Origin: an uncultured Chloroflexia bacterium
GTDB taxonomy: Bacteria; Chloroflexota; Limnocylindria; Limnocylindrales; CSP1-4
Length of the DNA stretch: 64,000 bases
Direction of reading: 5' to 3'
Assembly: GCA_963748625.1 (NCBI GenBank)
Contig: CAVVJT010000010.1
Location: forward strand, 544,001 to 608,000
Shown here: positions 43,596 to 53,350 of the stretch, piece after piece
Layout: every line of letters starts with the position of its first letter
How positions within the stretch are numbered: position 1 is the first letter of the stretch
Notes under the pieces: model-generated
The model's input: the letters and a program-made list of their open reading frames with translations, nothing else
Databases searched by the model: none
What the model was told of the DNA's origin: nothing
Made by a program: the position numbers and the translations under genes

Positions 43596-44308
43596 CGGGC
43601 GCGACGACCGGTGGCCAGGAGCGAGCGCATCAGCAGGTAGCAGGAGGTCGCGCCCGGATCCTGGTGGCCGCGCGATCGCTCGCCCAGGCGCATCGCCAGA
43701 CCTCGTCGCGCGATGAGCGGGCGCGTCGCATGCATCCCGTCACGGGCGGCCCGGATGGCTGCGAGGATCGCCGCCTGCTGGCCCTGCTCCGCGTCGAGGG
43801 CGGCGGCGAACGCGTCGGCAGCCGGGCGCAAGGCGTCATAGATCGTCTTGTCACCGAGGCGGCACCGGCCGCGCCGGGCGATCCCCTCCGCGGCGGCGTC
43901 GAGTGCGCGCGCGGTCGCCTGGGCATCGAGCGCGGCCAGGCCCGCCACCGCGATCCCCGCCTCGATGAAGGCCGTGCCGTACAGGGATCCGCCAGCCCCG
44001 CCCACGCCTGCGACGAGGAGGTGGCCGAAGCGCCGCAGCAGGTCGCCGATGTCGGTGCCGGGGTCGTCGGCCGCGAGGGTGCGCGTCGCGTCGACGAACC
44101 CCGCGCTCATGTTCTCGCCGTGGTCGCCGTCACCGAGGGCGGCATCGAGGCGGTCAAGCAGCACCCGGTTGCGCAGCAGCAGTTGCTCGGCGCGCGCCAC
44201 GACGGCCACCAGGTCGGTGCTGGTGAACAGGGTCGCCGTGTCGGAAGTCGCCGTGTCGGATGTCACCTGTCCGGTGTCGGCCCCAGGAGTCGTGTGGCTG
44301 TCCGTCAT
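43592..44308 (-). CDS. DhaL/DAK2-domain paralogue with degenerate GRASY loop (putative regulatory)
   Basis: LDAALGDGDHG, GGAGGSLYG, GDKT, GHQDPGA retained; KGRASYLG replaced by RGLAMRLG; GTGA overlap with the kinase gene. Confidence 0.85.
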   Translation of the reverse strand: MTDSHTTPGADTGQVTSDTATSDTATLFTSTDLVAVVARAEQLLLRNRVLLDRLDAALGDGDHGENMSAGFVDATRTLAADDPGTDIGDLLRRFGHLLVAGVGGAGGSLYGTAFIEAGIAVAGLAALDAQATARALDAAAEGIARRGRCRLGDKTIYDALRPAADAFAAALDAEQGQQAAILAAIRAARDGMHATRPLIARRGLAMRLGERSRGHQDPGATSCYLLMRSLLATGRRAR

Positions 44309-44373
44309 CGAGGGGTAGTGTATGGGTCCGGGCCGCCAGGCGAACGTGGGACGGGATGGGAGGAGGGCGACGC

Positions 44374-44781
44374 ATGATCGGGATCGTGGTGGTGGGCCAC
44401 AGCGCCGACGTCGCACGGGGCCTCGTCCGCATGCTGGCCCAGGCCGCTCCCCCGGTCCCCGCAGGCGGCGCGGGCGGCCTGTCCGGCGACCGCCTGGGCA
44501 CGAATGCCCTCGACGTCGAGCATGTCCTGCGCGACGTCCTCGGCCGCACAGAGGGCGAAGGGGTCCTCGTGCTGCTCGACCTCGGCAGCGCGGCGATGGC
44601 CGTGGAGATCGCGCTCGAGGAGCTCGCCCCGGACGAGCGGGCACGAGTCTCCCTCTCGGATGGACCCTTCGTGGAGGGGGCGGTGGCGGCCGCGGTGTGT
44701 GCCGCCCACGGGGGGACGATGGCCGCGGTCCGGGCGGCGGCCGAGGCGGCACTCGCGCAGCCGAAGTTGCTCCATGCCTGA
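44374..44781 (+). CDS. DhaM-like PTS EIIA (mannose-type) phosphotransfer subunit, paralogue 1
   Basis: IGIVVVGHS, GGAGG..LGT, LLDLGSA, PFVEGAVAAAV. GGAGG RBS. Confidence 0.85.
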   Translation: MIGIVVVGHSADVARGLVRMLAQAAPPVPAGGAGGLSGDRLGTNALDVEHVLRDVLGRTEGEGVLVLLDLGSAAMAVEIALEELAPDERARVSLSDGPFVEGAVAAAVCAAHGGTMAAVRAAAEAALAQPKLLHA

Positions 44782-45442
44782 CGCGGCCGCCCACGACGAG
44801 CTCGTCCGGGCCTGGTTCGTGCGGACGGCCGCCGTCGTCCACGAGCGGCGTGTCTGGCTCACCGACCTCGACGCCGCCATCGGCGACGGCGACCACGGGA
44901 TCAACCTCGACCGTGGCTTCGCCGCCCTGCTCGCGGACCTCGATGCGCAGGTGCTGCCCCCGGGCGACCCGGCGGCGACCTTGACCGCGGGGGGCCGGCG
45001 CCTCATGGGCATCGTCGGTGGCGCCAGCGGCGCCCTCTACGGACGGGGGCTGATGGTGGCCGGCGAGCGCGTGCGGGAGCGCGCGGCGGCCGGCAGCCTC
45101 GGGCGGACCGAGCTCGCCAAGGCGATCCTGGAGGGGATGATCTCTGGCATCGAGGGCCTCGGGCACGCCGTCCCCGGCGAGAAGACGATGCTGGACGCGC
45201 TGGTCCCTGCCGCGGCGATCCTGCGCCACCCGCCCACCGCCGACCCCGTGGCGGCGCTGCTTGCCGCAGCCGGCGCCGCCGACCTGGGCGCCCAGATGAC
45301 GATCCCGCTCATCGCCCGCAAGGGACGTGCGAGCTACCTGGGCGAGCGTTCCGCCGGTCACGAGGACCCGGGCGCCGCATCGGCGGCGATCCTCGTGCGC
45401 TGCCTGGCGGATGCTGCAGCGGATCGCGCCCCGGACGCCTGA
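44774..45442 (+). CDS. DhaL paralogue (intact motifs)
   Basis: LDAAIGDGDHGINL, GGASGALYG, GEKTMLD, ARKGRASYLGERSAGHEDPGA. Confidence 0.88.
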   Translation: MPDAAAHDELVRAWFVRTAAVVHERRVWLTDLDAAIGDGDHGINLDRGFAALLADLDAQVLPPGDPAATLTAGGRRLMGIVGGASGALYGRGLMVAGERVRERAAAGSLGRTELAKAILEGMISGIEGLGHAVPGEKTMLDALVPAAAILRHPPTADPVAALLAAAGAADLGAQMTIPLIARKGRASYLGERSAGHEDPGAASAAILVRCLADAAADRAPDA

Positions 45443-45500
45443 CCCGCCCGGCCGTCGCCGCCAACCTTGCGGTCCGGTATCGGTGGCGATGCGCCACGGA

Positions 45501-45544
45501 TTCACTTTGTCTTGAGATTCCGCACCTGCGCGCGCCCCTAGAGT
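45501..45544 (+). promoter_or_regulatory. Candidate glp/dha operon promoter with OmpR-type direct repeat
   Basis: TTCAC (45501) and TTGAG (45512) 11 bp apart in an AT-rich patch, followed by -10-like TAGAGT (45539-45544). Confidence 0.35.
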
Positions 45545-45748
45545 CAAACCGTCCGCAAGAGCGGCGGTTGGTTCGCACGCGCCACGGAGGACGCGCCCAG
45601 CCCCGGGACTGCGAAAGGAGGAGTCAACCGGAGGAGACTCTGCGCCTGGACGGCCGTCCGCCCGCCATGCGGCGCGGCGGCGGCAGGAGGAGATCCCGGA
45701 CCCCGAGAACTGCCGGGATCAGGTTCCGCTAGAGGGAGTTGTTCACAC

Positions 45749-46480
45749 ATGACAACCGAATCCATCATCGTCGGTGAGATCATCGGGACAGCGATGCTGA
45801 TCCTGCTCGGCGACGGCGTCGTCGCAGGCGTCCTGCTCGCCAAGTCCAAGGCGCAGAACGCGGGCTGGATCGTGATCACGGCTGCGTGGGCCATGGCGGT
45901 CTTCTGCGGCGTCGTCGTGTCTGCGCCGATGAGCGGCGCGCACCTGAACCCGGCCGTCACCGTCGGCCTCGCGGTCGCCGGCAGCACGCCGTGGGACCAG
46001 GTCCCCTTCTACATCGTCAGCCAGTTCATCGGCGCGTTCATTGGCGCGACCCTGGTGGCCATCTTCTACTGGAAGCACTTCGAGGTGACCGAGGACCAGG
46101 GCCTCAAGCTCGCGGTCTTCAGCACCGGCCCCGCGATCCGCAACGTGCCGTTCAACCTGATCGGCGAGATCGTCGGCACCTTCGTGCTGGTGTACGTGAT
46201 CCTCAACTTCGGCGCCAACGCCGCGGTCTCGTCCATCGGCGCGCTCGCCGTCATGGTCCTCGTCTGGTCGATCGGCATGTCGCTCGGTGGCACCACCGGG
46301 TACGCGATCAACCCTGCCCGTGACCTCGGCCCCCGCATCATCCACCAGATCCTCCCGATCCCGGGCAAGGGCGCCTCGGACTGGGGCTACTCGTGGATCC
46401 CGGTTGTCGGCCCGATCGTCGGTGGCGTGATCGCCGCCGGCCTCTGGCTGGCCGTCAAGGGGTTCATCCCGGCGGCGTAG
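45749..46480 (+). CDS. glpF: Glycerol uptake facilitator (MIP aquaglyceroporin)
   Basis: SGAHLNPAVT, FSTGP, GYAINPARDLGPR. Confidence 0.93.
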   Translation: MTTESIIVGEIIGTAMLILLGDGVVAGVLLAKSKAQNAGWIVITAAWAMAVFCGVVVSAPMSGAHLNPAVTVGLAVAGSTPWDQVPFYIVSQFIGAFIGATLVAIFYWKHFEVTEDQGLKLAVFSTGPAIRNVPFNLIGEIVGTFVLVYVILNFGANAAVSSIGALAVMVLVWSIGMSLGGTTGYAINPARDLGPRIIHQILPIPGKGASDWGYSWIPVVGPIVGGVIAAGLWLAVKGFIPAA

Positions 46481-46570
46481 TCCCCTCCCCACTGACCTCC
46501 GCTGGCCCGCCGCCGGATCACCCTCCGGTCACCGGCGGCGGGCTCCCAACCACACCAACGGGGAGAGCGC

Positions 46571-47569
<999 letters not shown>

Positions 47570-47597
47570 TCCTCAGACCGCGGGAGCGAGTAGGACG

Positions 47598-48242
47598 ATG
47601 AGCGCATCAGCCATCAGCCACAGCGACGTCCTGGCGTGGATCACCCTGTACGCGGACCGGATCCACGAGCAGAAGCAGTACCTGACCGAACTGGACTCGG
47701 CCATCGGCGATGCCGACCATGGCATCAACATGGATCGCGGGTTCCAGGCCGTCCTCGGGATCCTGCCCACCCTGCCGGCCGATGACATCGGCGCCCTCCT
47801 CAAGGGCATCGCGATGAAGCTCATCTCCACCGTCGGAGGAGCGAGCGGGCCGCTGTACGGCACGTTCTTCCTCCGCATGGCACCGGGTACGGCGGGCATG
47901 GCCGAGATGGACCTGCCCACCTTCGCCACCGCGCTCGACGCCGGCGTCGCCGGGCTCGTGGAGCGGGGCAAGGCGGAGCTGGGCGACAAGACCATGATCG
48001 ACGTCTGGTTCCCGGCGCGCGATGCGCTGCACGCGGAGATCGAGGCCGGCAGCACGCCGGTCGAGGCCCTCGCAGCAACCGTCGCCGCCGCCGAACGAGG
48101 CATGCTCGCCACCATCCCGCTCGTCGCCCGCAAGGGCCGGGCGAGCTACCTGGGAGAGCGCAGCGCGGGTCACCAGGACCCGGGCGCCACGTCCTCGCAT
48201 CTCCTGCTCAAGGCCGCAGCCGACACCTGGTTCCAGGCGTAG
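47598..48242 (+). CDS. dhaL: Dihydroxyacetone kinase ADP-binding subunit
   Basis: LDSAIGDADHGINM, GGASGPLYG, GDKTM, ARKGRASYLGERSAGHQDPGA; follows dhaK. Confidence 0.95.
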   Translation: MSASAISHSDVLAWITLYADRIHEQKQYLTELDSAIGDADHGINMDRGFQAVLGILPTLPADDIGALLKGIAMKLISTVGGASGPLYGTFFLRMAPGTAGMAEMDLPTFATALDAGVAGLVERGKAELGDKTMIDVWFPARDALHAEIEAGSTPVEALAATVAAAERGMLATIPLVARKGRASYLGERSAGHQDPGATSSHLLLKAAADTWFQA

Positions 48243-48277
48243 GCACCCAGCATCACTTGGAGGACTAGATACACCGC

Positions 48278-49774
48278 ATGACCAAGTACGTCGGCGCCCT
48301 CGACCAGGGCACCACGAGCTCTCGCTTCATGATCTTCGACCACAGCGGCGCCGTGGTCGCGATCGACCAGAAGGAGCACACCCAGATCTACCCGAAGCCC
48401 GGGTGGGTCGAGCATGACGCGCTGGAGATCTGGGCGCGCTGCCAGGAAGTCGTCAAGGGCGCCCTGGACAAGGCTGGCATCACCGCCGCCGATCTCGCCG
48501 CCGTCGGCATCACCAACCAGCGCGAGACGGCGCTCGTCTGGGACAAGACCACCGGCCAGCCGGTGTTCAACGCCATCGTCTGGCAGGACACCCGGACCGA
48601 CGTCCTCGTCAACGAGTTCGCCAAGGAGGGCGGGCAGGACCGCTTCCGCGCCAAGGTCGGCCTTCCGCTGGCCACCTACTTCTCCGGCCCCAAGGTCCGC
48701 TGGATCCTCGACAACGTCGAGGGTGCGCGCGCCAAGGCCGAGGCCGGCAACCTGGTGTTCGGCAACATGGACACCTGGCTGATCTGGAACCTCACCGGCG
48801 GCGTCAACGGCGGCGTGCATGTCACGGACGTCTCCAACGCCAGCCGCACCATGCTCATGAACCTCGAGACCCTGGACTGGGACGCCGAGATCGCGGGCAT
48901 CATGGGCGTTCCGCTCTCGATGCTCCCCGCCATCAAGGCCTCGTCCGAGGTCTACGGCACATGCGTCGGCCAGCTGGCCGGCGTCCCGGTCGCGGGCGAC
49001 CTGGGCGACCAGCAGGCGGCCCTCTTCGGCCAGACGTGCTTCTCCGCCGGCGAGGCGAAGAACACCTACGGCACCGGCTGCTTCATGCTCCTGAACACGG
49101 GCGAGAAGATCGTCCCGTCCAAGAGCGGCCTCCTCACCACCCTCGGCTACAAGATCGGCAACCAGCCGGCCGTGTACGCCCTCGAGGGGTCCATCGCGAT
49201 CACCGGCGCCCTGGTCCAGTGGCTGCGCGACAACCTCGGCATGATCGAGAAGTCGCCGGACATCGAGACCCTGGCCGCCACGGTCGAGGACAACGGCGGC
49301 GTCTATTTCGTCCCGGCGTTCTCGGGCCTGTTCGCCCCCTACTGGAAGAATGACGCCCGCGGCGTCATCGCCGGCCTGACCCGGTACGTCACCAAGGGCC
49401 ACATCGCACGTGCGGTCCTCGAGGCGACGGCGTGGCAGACCCGCGAGGTGCTCGACGCGATGAACGCCGATTCCGGTGTTCCGCTCACGGCCCTCAAGGT
49501 TGACGGCGGCATGGTCTTCAACAACACCCTGATGCAGTTCCAGGCCGATGTCCTGGGCGTCCCGGTCATCCGGCCGGTCGTCGCCGAGACCACGGCCCTG
49601 GGCGCGGCCTACGCGGCCGGCCTTGCGGTCGGCTACTGGGGCGCGGTCGAGGACCTGCGCGAGAACTGGGCCAAGGACGCCGAGTGGGCGCCCAAGATGG
49701 CCGCAGACGTGCGCGAGGCCGAGTACAAGCAGTGGAAGAAGGCGGTCACCCGGACGTTCGCCTGGGTCGACTAG
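48278..49774 (+). CDS. glpK: Glycerol kinase
   Basis: [56 protein letters not shown]. Confidence 0.97.
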   Translation: MTKYVGALDQGTTSSRFMIFDHSGAVVAIDQKEHTQIYPKPGWVEHDALEIWARCQEVVKGALDKAGITAADLAAVGITNQRETALVWDKTTGQPVFNAIVWQDTRTDVLVNEFAKEGGQDRFRAKVGLPLATYFSGPKVRWILDNVEGARAKAEAGNLVFGNMDTWLIWNLTGGVNGGVHVTDVSNASRTMLMNLETLDWDAEIAGIMGVPLSMLPAIKASSEVYGTCVGQLAGVPVAGDLGDQQAALFGQTCFSAGEAKNTYGTGCFMLLNTGEKIVPSKSGLLTTLGYKIGNQPAVYALEGSIAITGALVQWLRDNLGMIEKSPDIETLAATVEDNGGVYFVPAFSGLFAPYWKNDARGVIAGLTRYVTKGHIARAVLEATAWQTREVLDAMNADSGVPLTALKVDGGMVFNNTLMQFQADVLGVPVIRPVVAETTALGAAYAAGLAVGYWGAVEDLRENWAKDAEWAPKMAADVREAEYKQWKKAVTRTFAWVD

Positions 49775-49795
49775 CCACCGAAGCTGGCTGAACAA

Positions 49796-49835
49796 CGCAG
49801 CCCCGGCGTCGCGAGGCGCCGGGGCTGCGCCTTTC
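49796..49835 (+). terminator. Stem-loop after glpK (partial terminator or mRNA stabiliser)
   Basis: CGCAGCCCCGGCG..CGCCGGGGCTGCG followed by CCTTTC. Confidence 0.5.
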
Positions 49836-49852
49836 AGGAGGGGTTCCCGGAC

Positions 49853-50260
49853 ATGACTGCCGAACCGGACACCTGCGTCGGGCTCGTGGTCGTCTCGCAC
49901 TCGACTCGGATCGCGGAGGGAACGGCGGAGCTGGCCGGCCAGATGGCCGGACCCGACGTCCGCATCGTGCCAGCGGGCGGTCTTGAGGATGGTTCGATCG
50001 GGACCGACGCGGCGCGGATCGCCGCGGCCATCGGCGAGGCGGACGCCGGCGCGGGCGTGGTGATCGTGGCCGACCTCGGCAGCGCCGTGCTCTCCGCAAC
50101 CACCGCCATGGAGTTCCTCGGCGACCCGGGCAGCGTGCGCCTGAGCAAGGGCCCCATCGTGGAAGGTGCCGTGATGGCCGCCGTCCAGGCGAGCATCGGC
50201 TCCTCCCTCGACGAGGTGCTCGCGGCGGCCGAGGGCGCCCGGGACCTGCCGAAGGGCTGA
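49853..50260 (+). CDS. dhaM: Dihydroxyacetone kinase phosphotransfer subunit (EIIA-type), paralogue 2
   Basis: GLVVVSHS, AGG..GSIGT, DLGSA, PIVEGA; within the catabolic operon. Confidence 0.88.
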   Translation: MTAEPDTCVGLVVVSHSTRIAEGTAELAGQMAGPDVRIVPAGGLEDGSIGTDAARIAAAIGEADAGAGVVIVADLGSAVLSATTAMEFLGDPGSVRLSKGPIVEGAVMAAVQASIGSSLDEVLAAAEGARDLPKG

Positions 50261-50340
50261 CGAAGGACTAGATTGGAGCGGGGCCGGCTGGCCCCGTCGC
50301 TGGCCCCGGCCCATCCGGCCGGTGCCACAACGATGAGGTG

Positions 50341-52029
50341 ATGACAATGGCGGTGCCGCACACCGTCGACGTCCTGGTGATCGGGGGCGGGGCGACCGGC
50401 GCGGGCATCCTGCGCGACCTGGCCCGCCGGGGGGTCAAGGCCCTGCTGGTCGAGCGCTCCGACTTCGCGACCGGCACGTCCGGCCGGTACCACGGCCTCC
50501 TCCACTCCGGCGGCCGGTACGTCGGCAAGGACAGGCTCGCGGCGCGTGAGTGCGTCGAGGAGAACCAGGTCCTGCGGCGGATCGCGCCTGCGTCGATCGA
50601 GGACACCGGGGGCTACTTCGTCGCCACTCCCGACGACCCCGACGACTACGTTGCGGACTTCGCCGAGAACTGCCGCCTGTCGGGCGTGGACTGCGAGGAG
50701 GTCCAGGTCAAGGACCTCCTCGGGCGCGAGCCTGCCCTCAACCCGCAGATCCGCCGGGCCTTCCGCGTGCCGGACGGCTCGATCGAGCCCTGGATGCTGA
50801 TCGAGGCCACGGTCGCCGACGCACGGGCCCGCGGGTCGGATGCGCGCACCTACCAGCGCGTCGTGGGCATGGAGTCAAGCGGCGGGAAGATCACCGCCGT
50901 CACCCTGCGCGACGAGCTGACCGGCACGGTGTCGCAAGTCTGGACCAAGTTCGTCGTCTCCGCGGCGGGCGCCTGGGCCGGACAGATCGCGGCCTACGCC
51001 GGGGTCCACGTCGAGATGACCCCCGGCAAGGGCACCATGCTGATCTACAACACCCGGATGAGCGACGCGGTCATCAACCGCTGCCACCGCTCTGCCGACG
51101 GCGACATCATGGTCCCCGTCCACTCGGTCGCGATCCTGGGCACGACCGACATCAAGGTTCCCGATCCCGACGACTACGAGGTCACCAGGGCGGAGGTCCA
51201 GCGACTGATCAGCGAGGGAGCCAAGATGTTCCCCGCCCTGCCCCGGATGCGCGTGCTCCGCGCCTACGCGGGTGTCAGGCCCCTCTACCAGCCGCCGGCG
51301 GACGCGGTCCCGGGCGTTGGCAACCGGTCGATCTCGCGAGCGCACGCCATCCTGGACCACGCCGACCAGGGCGTTGACAACTTCGTCTCGATCGTGGGCG
51401 GCAAGTTCACCACGCACCGCCTGATGGCCGAGCAGACCGTGGATGTCGTGGCAGCCAAACTTGGCGTGACCACGCCGTGCACCACGGCCGACGAGGTGCT
51501 TCCCGGCATGCAGACGGGGCACCACTACTGGCTGGGCCACCGCCTCGGCGACCACGAGGCGGAAGGTGGCGGGGATGCCGACCTGATCTGCGAGTGCGAG
51601 CTGGTCACCCGCAGGATGGCCGAGGCCTACCTCGACACCCACTGGCCGTGCACCATCGACGACATCCGGCGCGGCACCCGCCTGGGGATGGGCCCCTGCC
51701 AGGGTGCGTTCTGCACCTTCCGTGTGGCGGGGCTGGTCGCCGAGCGACTGGATGCGCACACCACGGCCACCGGCAGGCCTGTACCCGGCACTACCGAAGC
51801 GGACGGGCACGCGCCCGGTTCGGGTGCGCTGCACGCGGCGATCGCCGACCGGGCGCTCACCGCGTTCCTGCGCGAGCGCTTCAAAGGCGTCCGGCCCATC
51901 GCCGACGGCCGCCAGCTCCAGGAGCTGATGATGACCGATGCGATCTACATGGGCGTCATGGGCCTCGAGTCACTCGCCTCCTCCCCTGCTCCGATCGTCG
52001 ATGAGGAGAGCCTCGATGCCGCACGCTGA
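50341..52029 (+). CDS. glpA: Anaerobic glycerol-3-phosphate dehydrogenase subunit A
   Basis: VIGGGATG, GTSGRYHGLLHSGGRY, GGKFTT.R, C-terminal CECE..RLGMGPCQG..C. Confidence 0.92.
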   Translation: MTMAVPHTVDVLVIGGGATGAGILRDLARRGVKALLVERSDFATGTSGRYHGLLHSGGRYVGKDRLAARECVEENQVLRRIAPASIEDTGGYFVATPDDPDDYVADFAENCRLSGVDCEEVQVKDLLGREPALNPQIRRAFRVPDGSIEPWMLIEATVADARARGSDARTYQRVVGMESSGGKITAVTLRDELTGTVSQVWTKFVVSAAGAWAGQIAAYAGVHVEMTPGKGTMLIYNTRMSDAVINRCHRSADGDIMVPVHSVAILGTTDIKVPDPDDYEVTRAEVQRLISEGAKMFPALPRMRVLRAYAGVRPLYQPPADAVPGVGNRSISRAHAILDHADQGVDNFVSIVGGKFTTHRLMAEQTVDVVAAKLGVTTPCTTADEVLPGMQTGHHYWLGHRLGDHEAEGGGDADLICECELVTRRMAEAYLDTHWPCTIDDIRRGTRLGMGPCQGAFCTFRVAGLVAERLDAHTTATGRPVPGTTEADGHAPGSGALHAAIADRALTAFLRERFKGVRPIADGRQLQELMMTDAIYMGVMGLESLASSPAPIVDEESLDAAR

Positions 52030-53350
52030 CGTCGTCGTCATCGGCGCCGGCCTCTCAGGCCTGGTCGCCGCCACCCGTCTCGCGGAGGCCGGCGCCGTCG
52101 TGACGCTGGTCGCCAAGGGCCACGCCCGCACGCACTGGGGGTCCGGAGGGCTGGATATCGCCGCCCCGCACGGCGCCACCACCCCGTCCGACGGGGTTGC
52201 CCGCCTGGCCGCCACAGAGCACCCGTACAGCTACCTCATCGGCGATGTCGCACCCTCGGTGGCATGGCTGCTGGAGCAGCTCGCCGCAGCGGGTCTGCCC
52301 TACGCCGGGACGCTCGACACCGCCATCCGGCGCATCCCGACGGCGATCGGTGGCACGCGCCGGGCGGCCATCGTGCCGGCGGCACAGTCCGCCGCGCTGC
52401 GGCCATGGGCACGGGACGAGGTGCTCGTGGTCGCGGGCATCGCGGGCTACAAGGACTTCTGGCCGGGTGCCATCGCCGACAGCCTCGGGCGTGAGTCGGT
52501 CTGGATGGGCGCCGATCGGCCGGCCTCGGTGCGCAGCGTGGCGGTCGAGCTCGCTGACCTCGGCGGGCGCCACAATCTCAATGCCATGCATCTCGCCCGC
52601 CGCTTCGATGAAGGCACCACGCGAGCGTCCGACATCGGGCGCCTGACGAAGGCGATCGAGAAGGCGGCCGGGGGCAGGCAGGGGCGGGTGGCGCTGCCCG
52701 CCGTGTTCGGCCTCGACTCCCACGCGGAGACATGGGCCGAGCTCCGGGCCCGCCTGCCGCTCGAGCCCTTCGAGGTCCCCCTCGTGCCGCCCAGCGTGCC
52801 CGGCGTGCGGTTGTTCCGCGTCCTGCGGGAGCGGATCCGGGCGGCCGGAGGCAGGGTGCAGATCGGCGAGAAGGTGGCCCGCATCCACATCGATGCGGGG
52901 CGCGTCGTCGCGGTGGAGATGGAGGCGGCCGTCCGCTCCCACACCATCCGGACCGAGGCGCTCGTGCTGGCCACGGGTGGCCTGGTCGGGGGCGGCCTGG
53001 TCGCGACCGGCGACGGCCGGATCGTGGAGCCCGTCCTGGGTCTGTATGTGGAGTCGCCCGAGCACGAGATGTGGCTGGTCCCCGATGCCCTCGATCCGGC
53101 CGGCCATCCCGTCGAGTCCGCCGGGGTCATGACCGACCAGGCGCTCCGCCCGATCGGTCCCGACCATGCGGTCTCGCATGCCAATGTCCATGTCGCGGGG
53201 GGCCTCCTGGCCAACCAGCGCGCGATCCGGGAGCGTTGCGGCGACGGGGTCGCCATCGCCTCGGGCTGGCGGGCCGCCGGCCTGCTGGCCACCGACGCCA
53301 TCCGCCAACCCGTCGGCCGTGAGCCGGCCATCGCGAGGGCCGACCAGTGA
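52016..53350 (+). CDS. glpB: Anaerobic glycerol-3-phosphate dehydrogenase subunit B
   Basis: VIGAGLSG, PPSVPG.RL, VLATGG..GGGL, G.GVAIASG; between glpA and glpC. Confidence 0.88.
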   Translation: MPHADVVVIGAGLSGLVAATRLAEAGAVVTLVAKGHARTHWGSGGLDIAAPHGATTPSDGVARLAATEHPYSYLIGDVAPSVAWLLEQLAAAGLPYAGTLDTAIRRIPTAIGGTRRAAIVPAAQSAALRPWARDEVLVVAGIAGYKDFWPGAIADSLGRESVWMGADRPASVRSVAVELADLGGRHNLNAMHLARRFDEGTTRASDIGRLTKAIEKAAGGRQGRVALPAVFGLDSHAETWAELRARLPLEPFEVPLVPPSVPGVRLFRVLRERIRAAGGRVQIGEKVARIHIDAGRVVAVEMEAAVRSHTIRTEALVLATGGLVGGGLVATGDGRIVEPVLGLYVESPEHEMWLVPDALDPAGHPVESAGVMTDQALRPIGPDHAVSHANVHVAGGLLANQRAIRERCGDGVAIASGWRAAGLLATDAIRQPVGREPAIARADQ

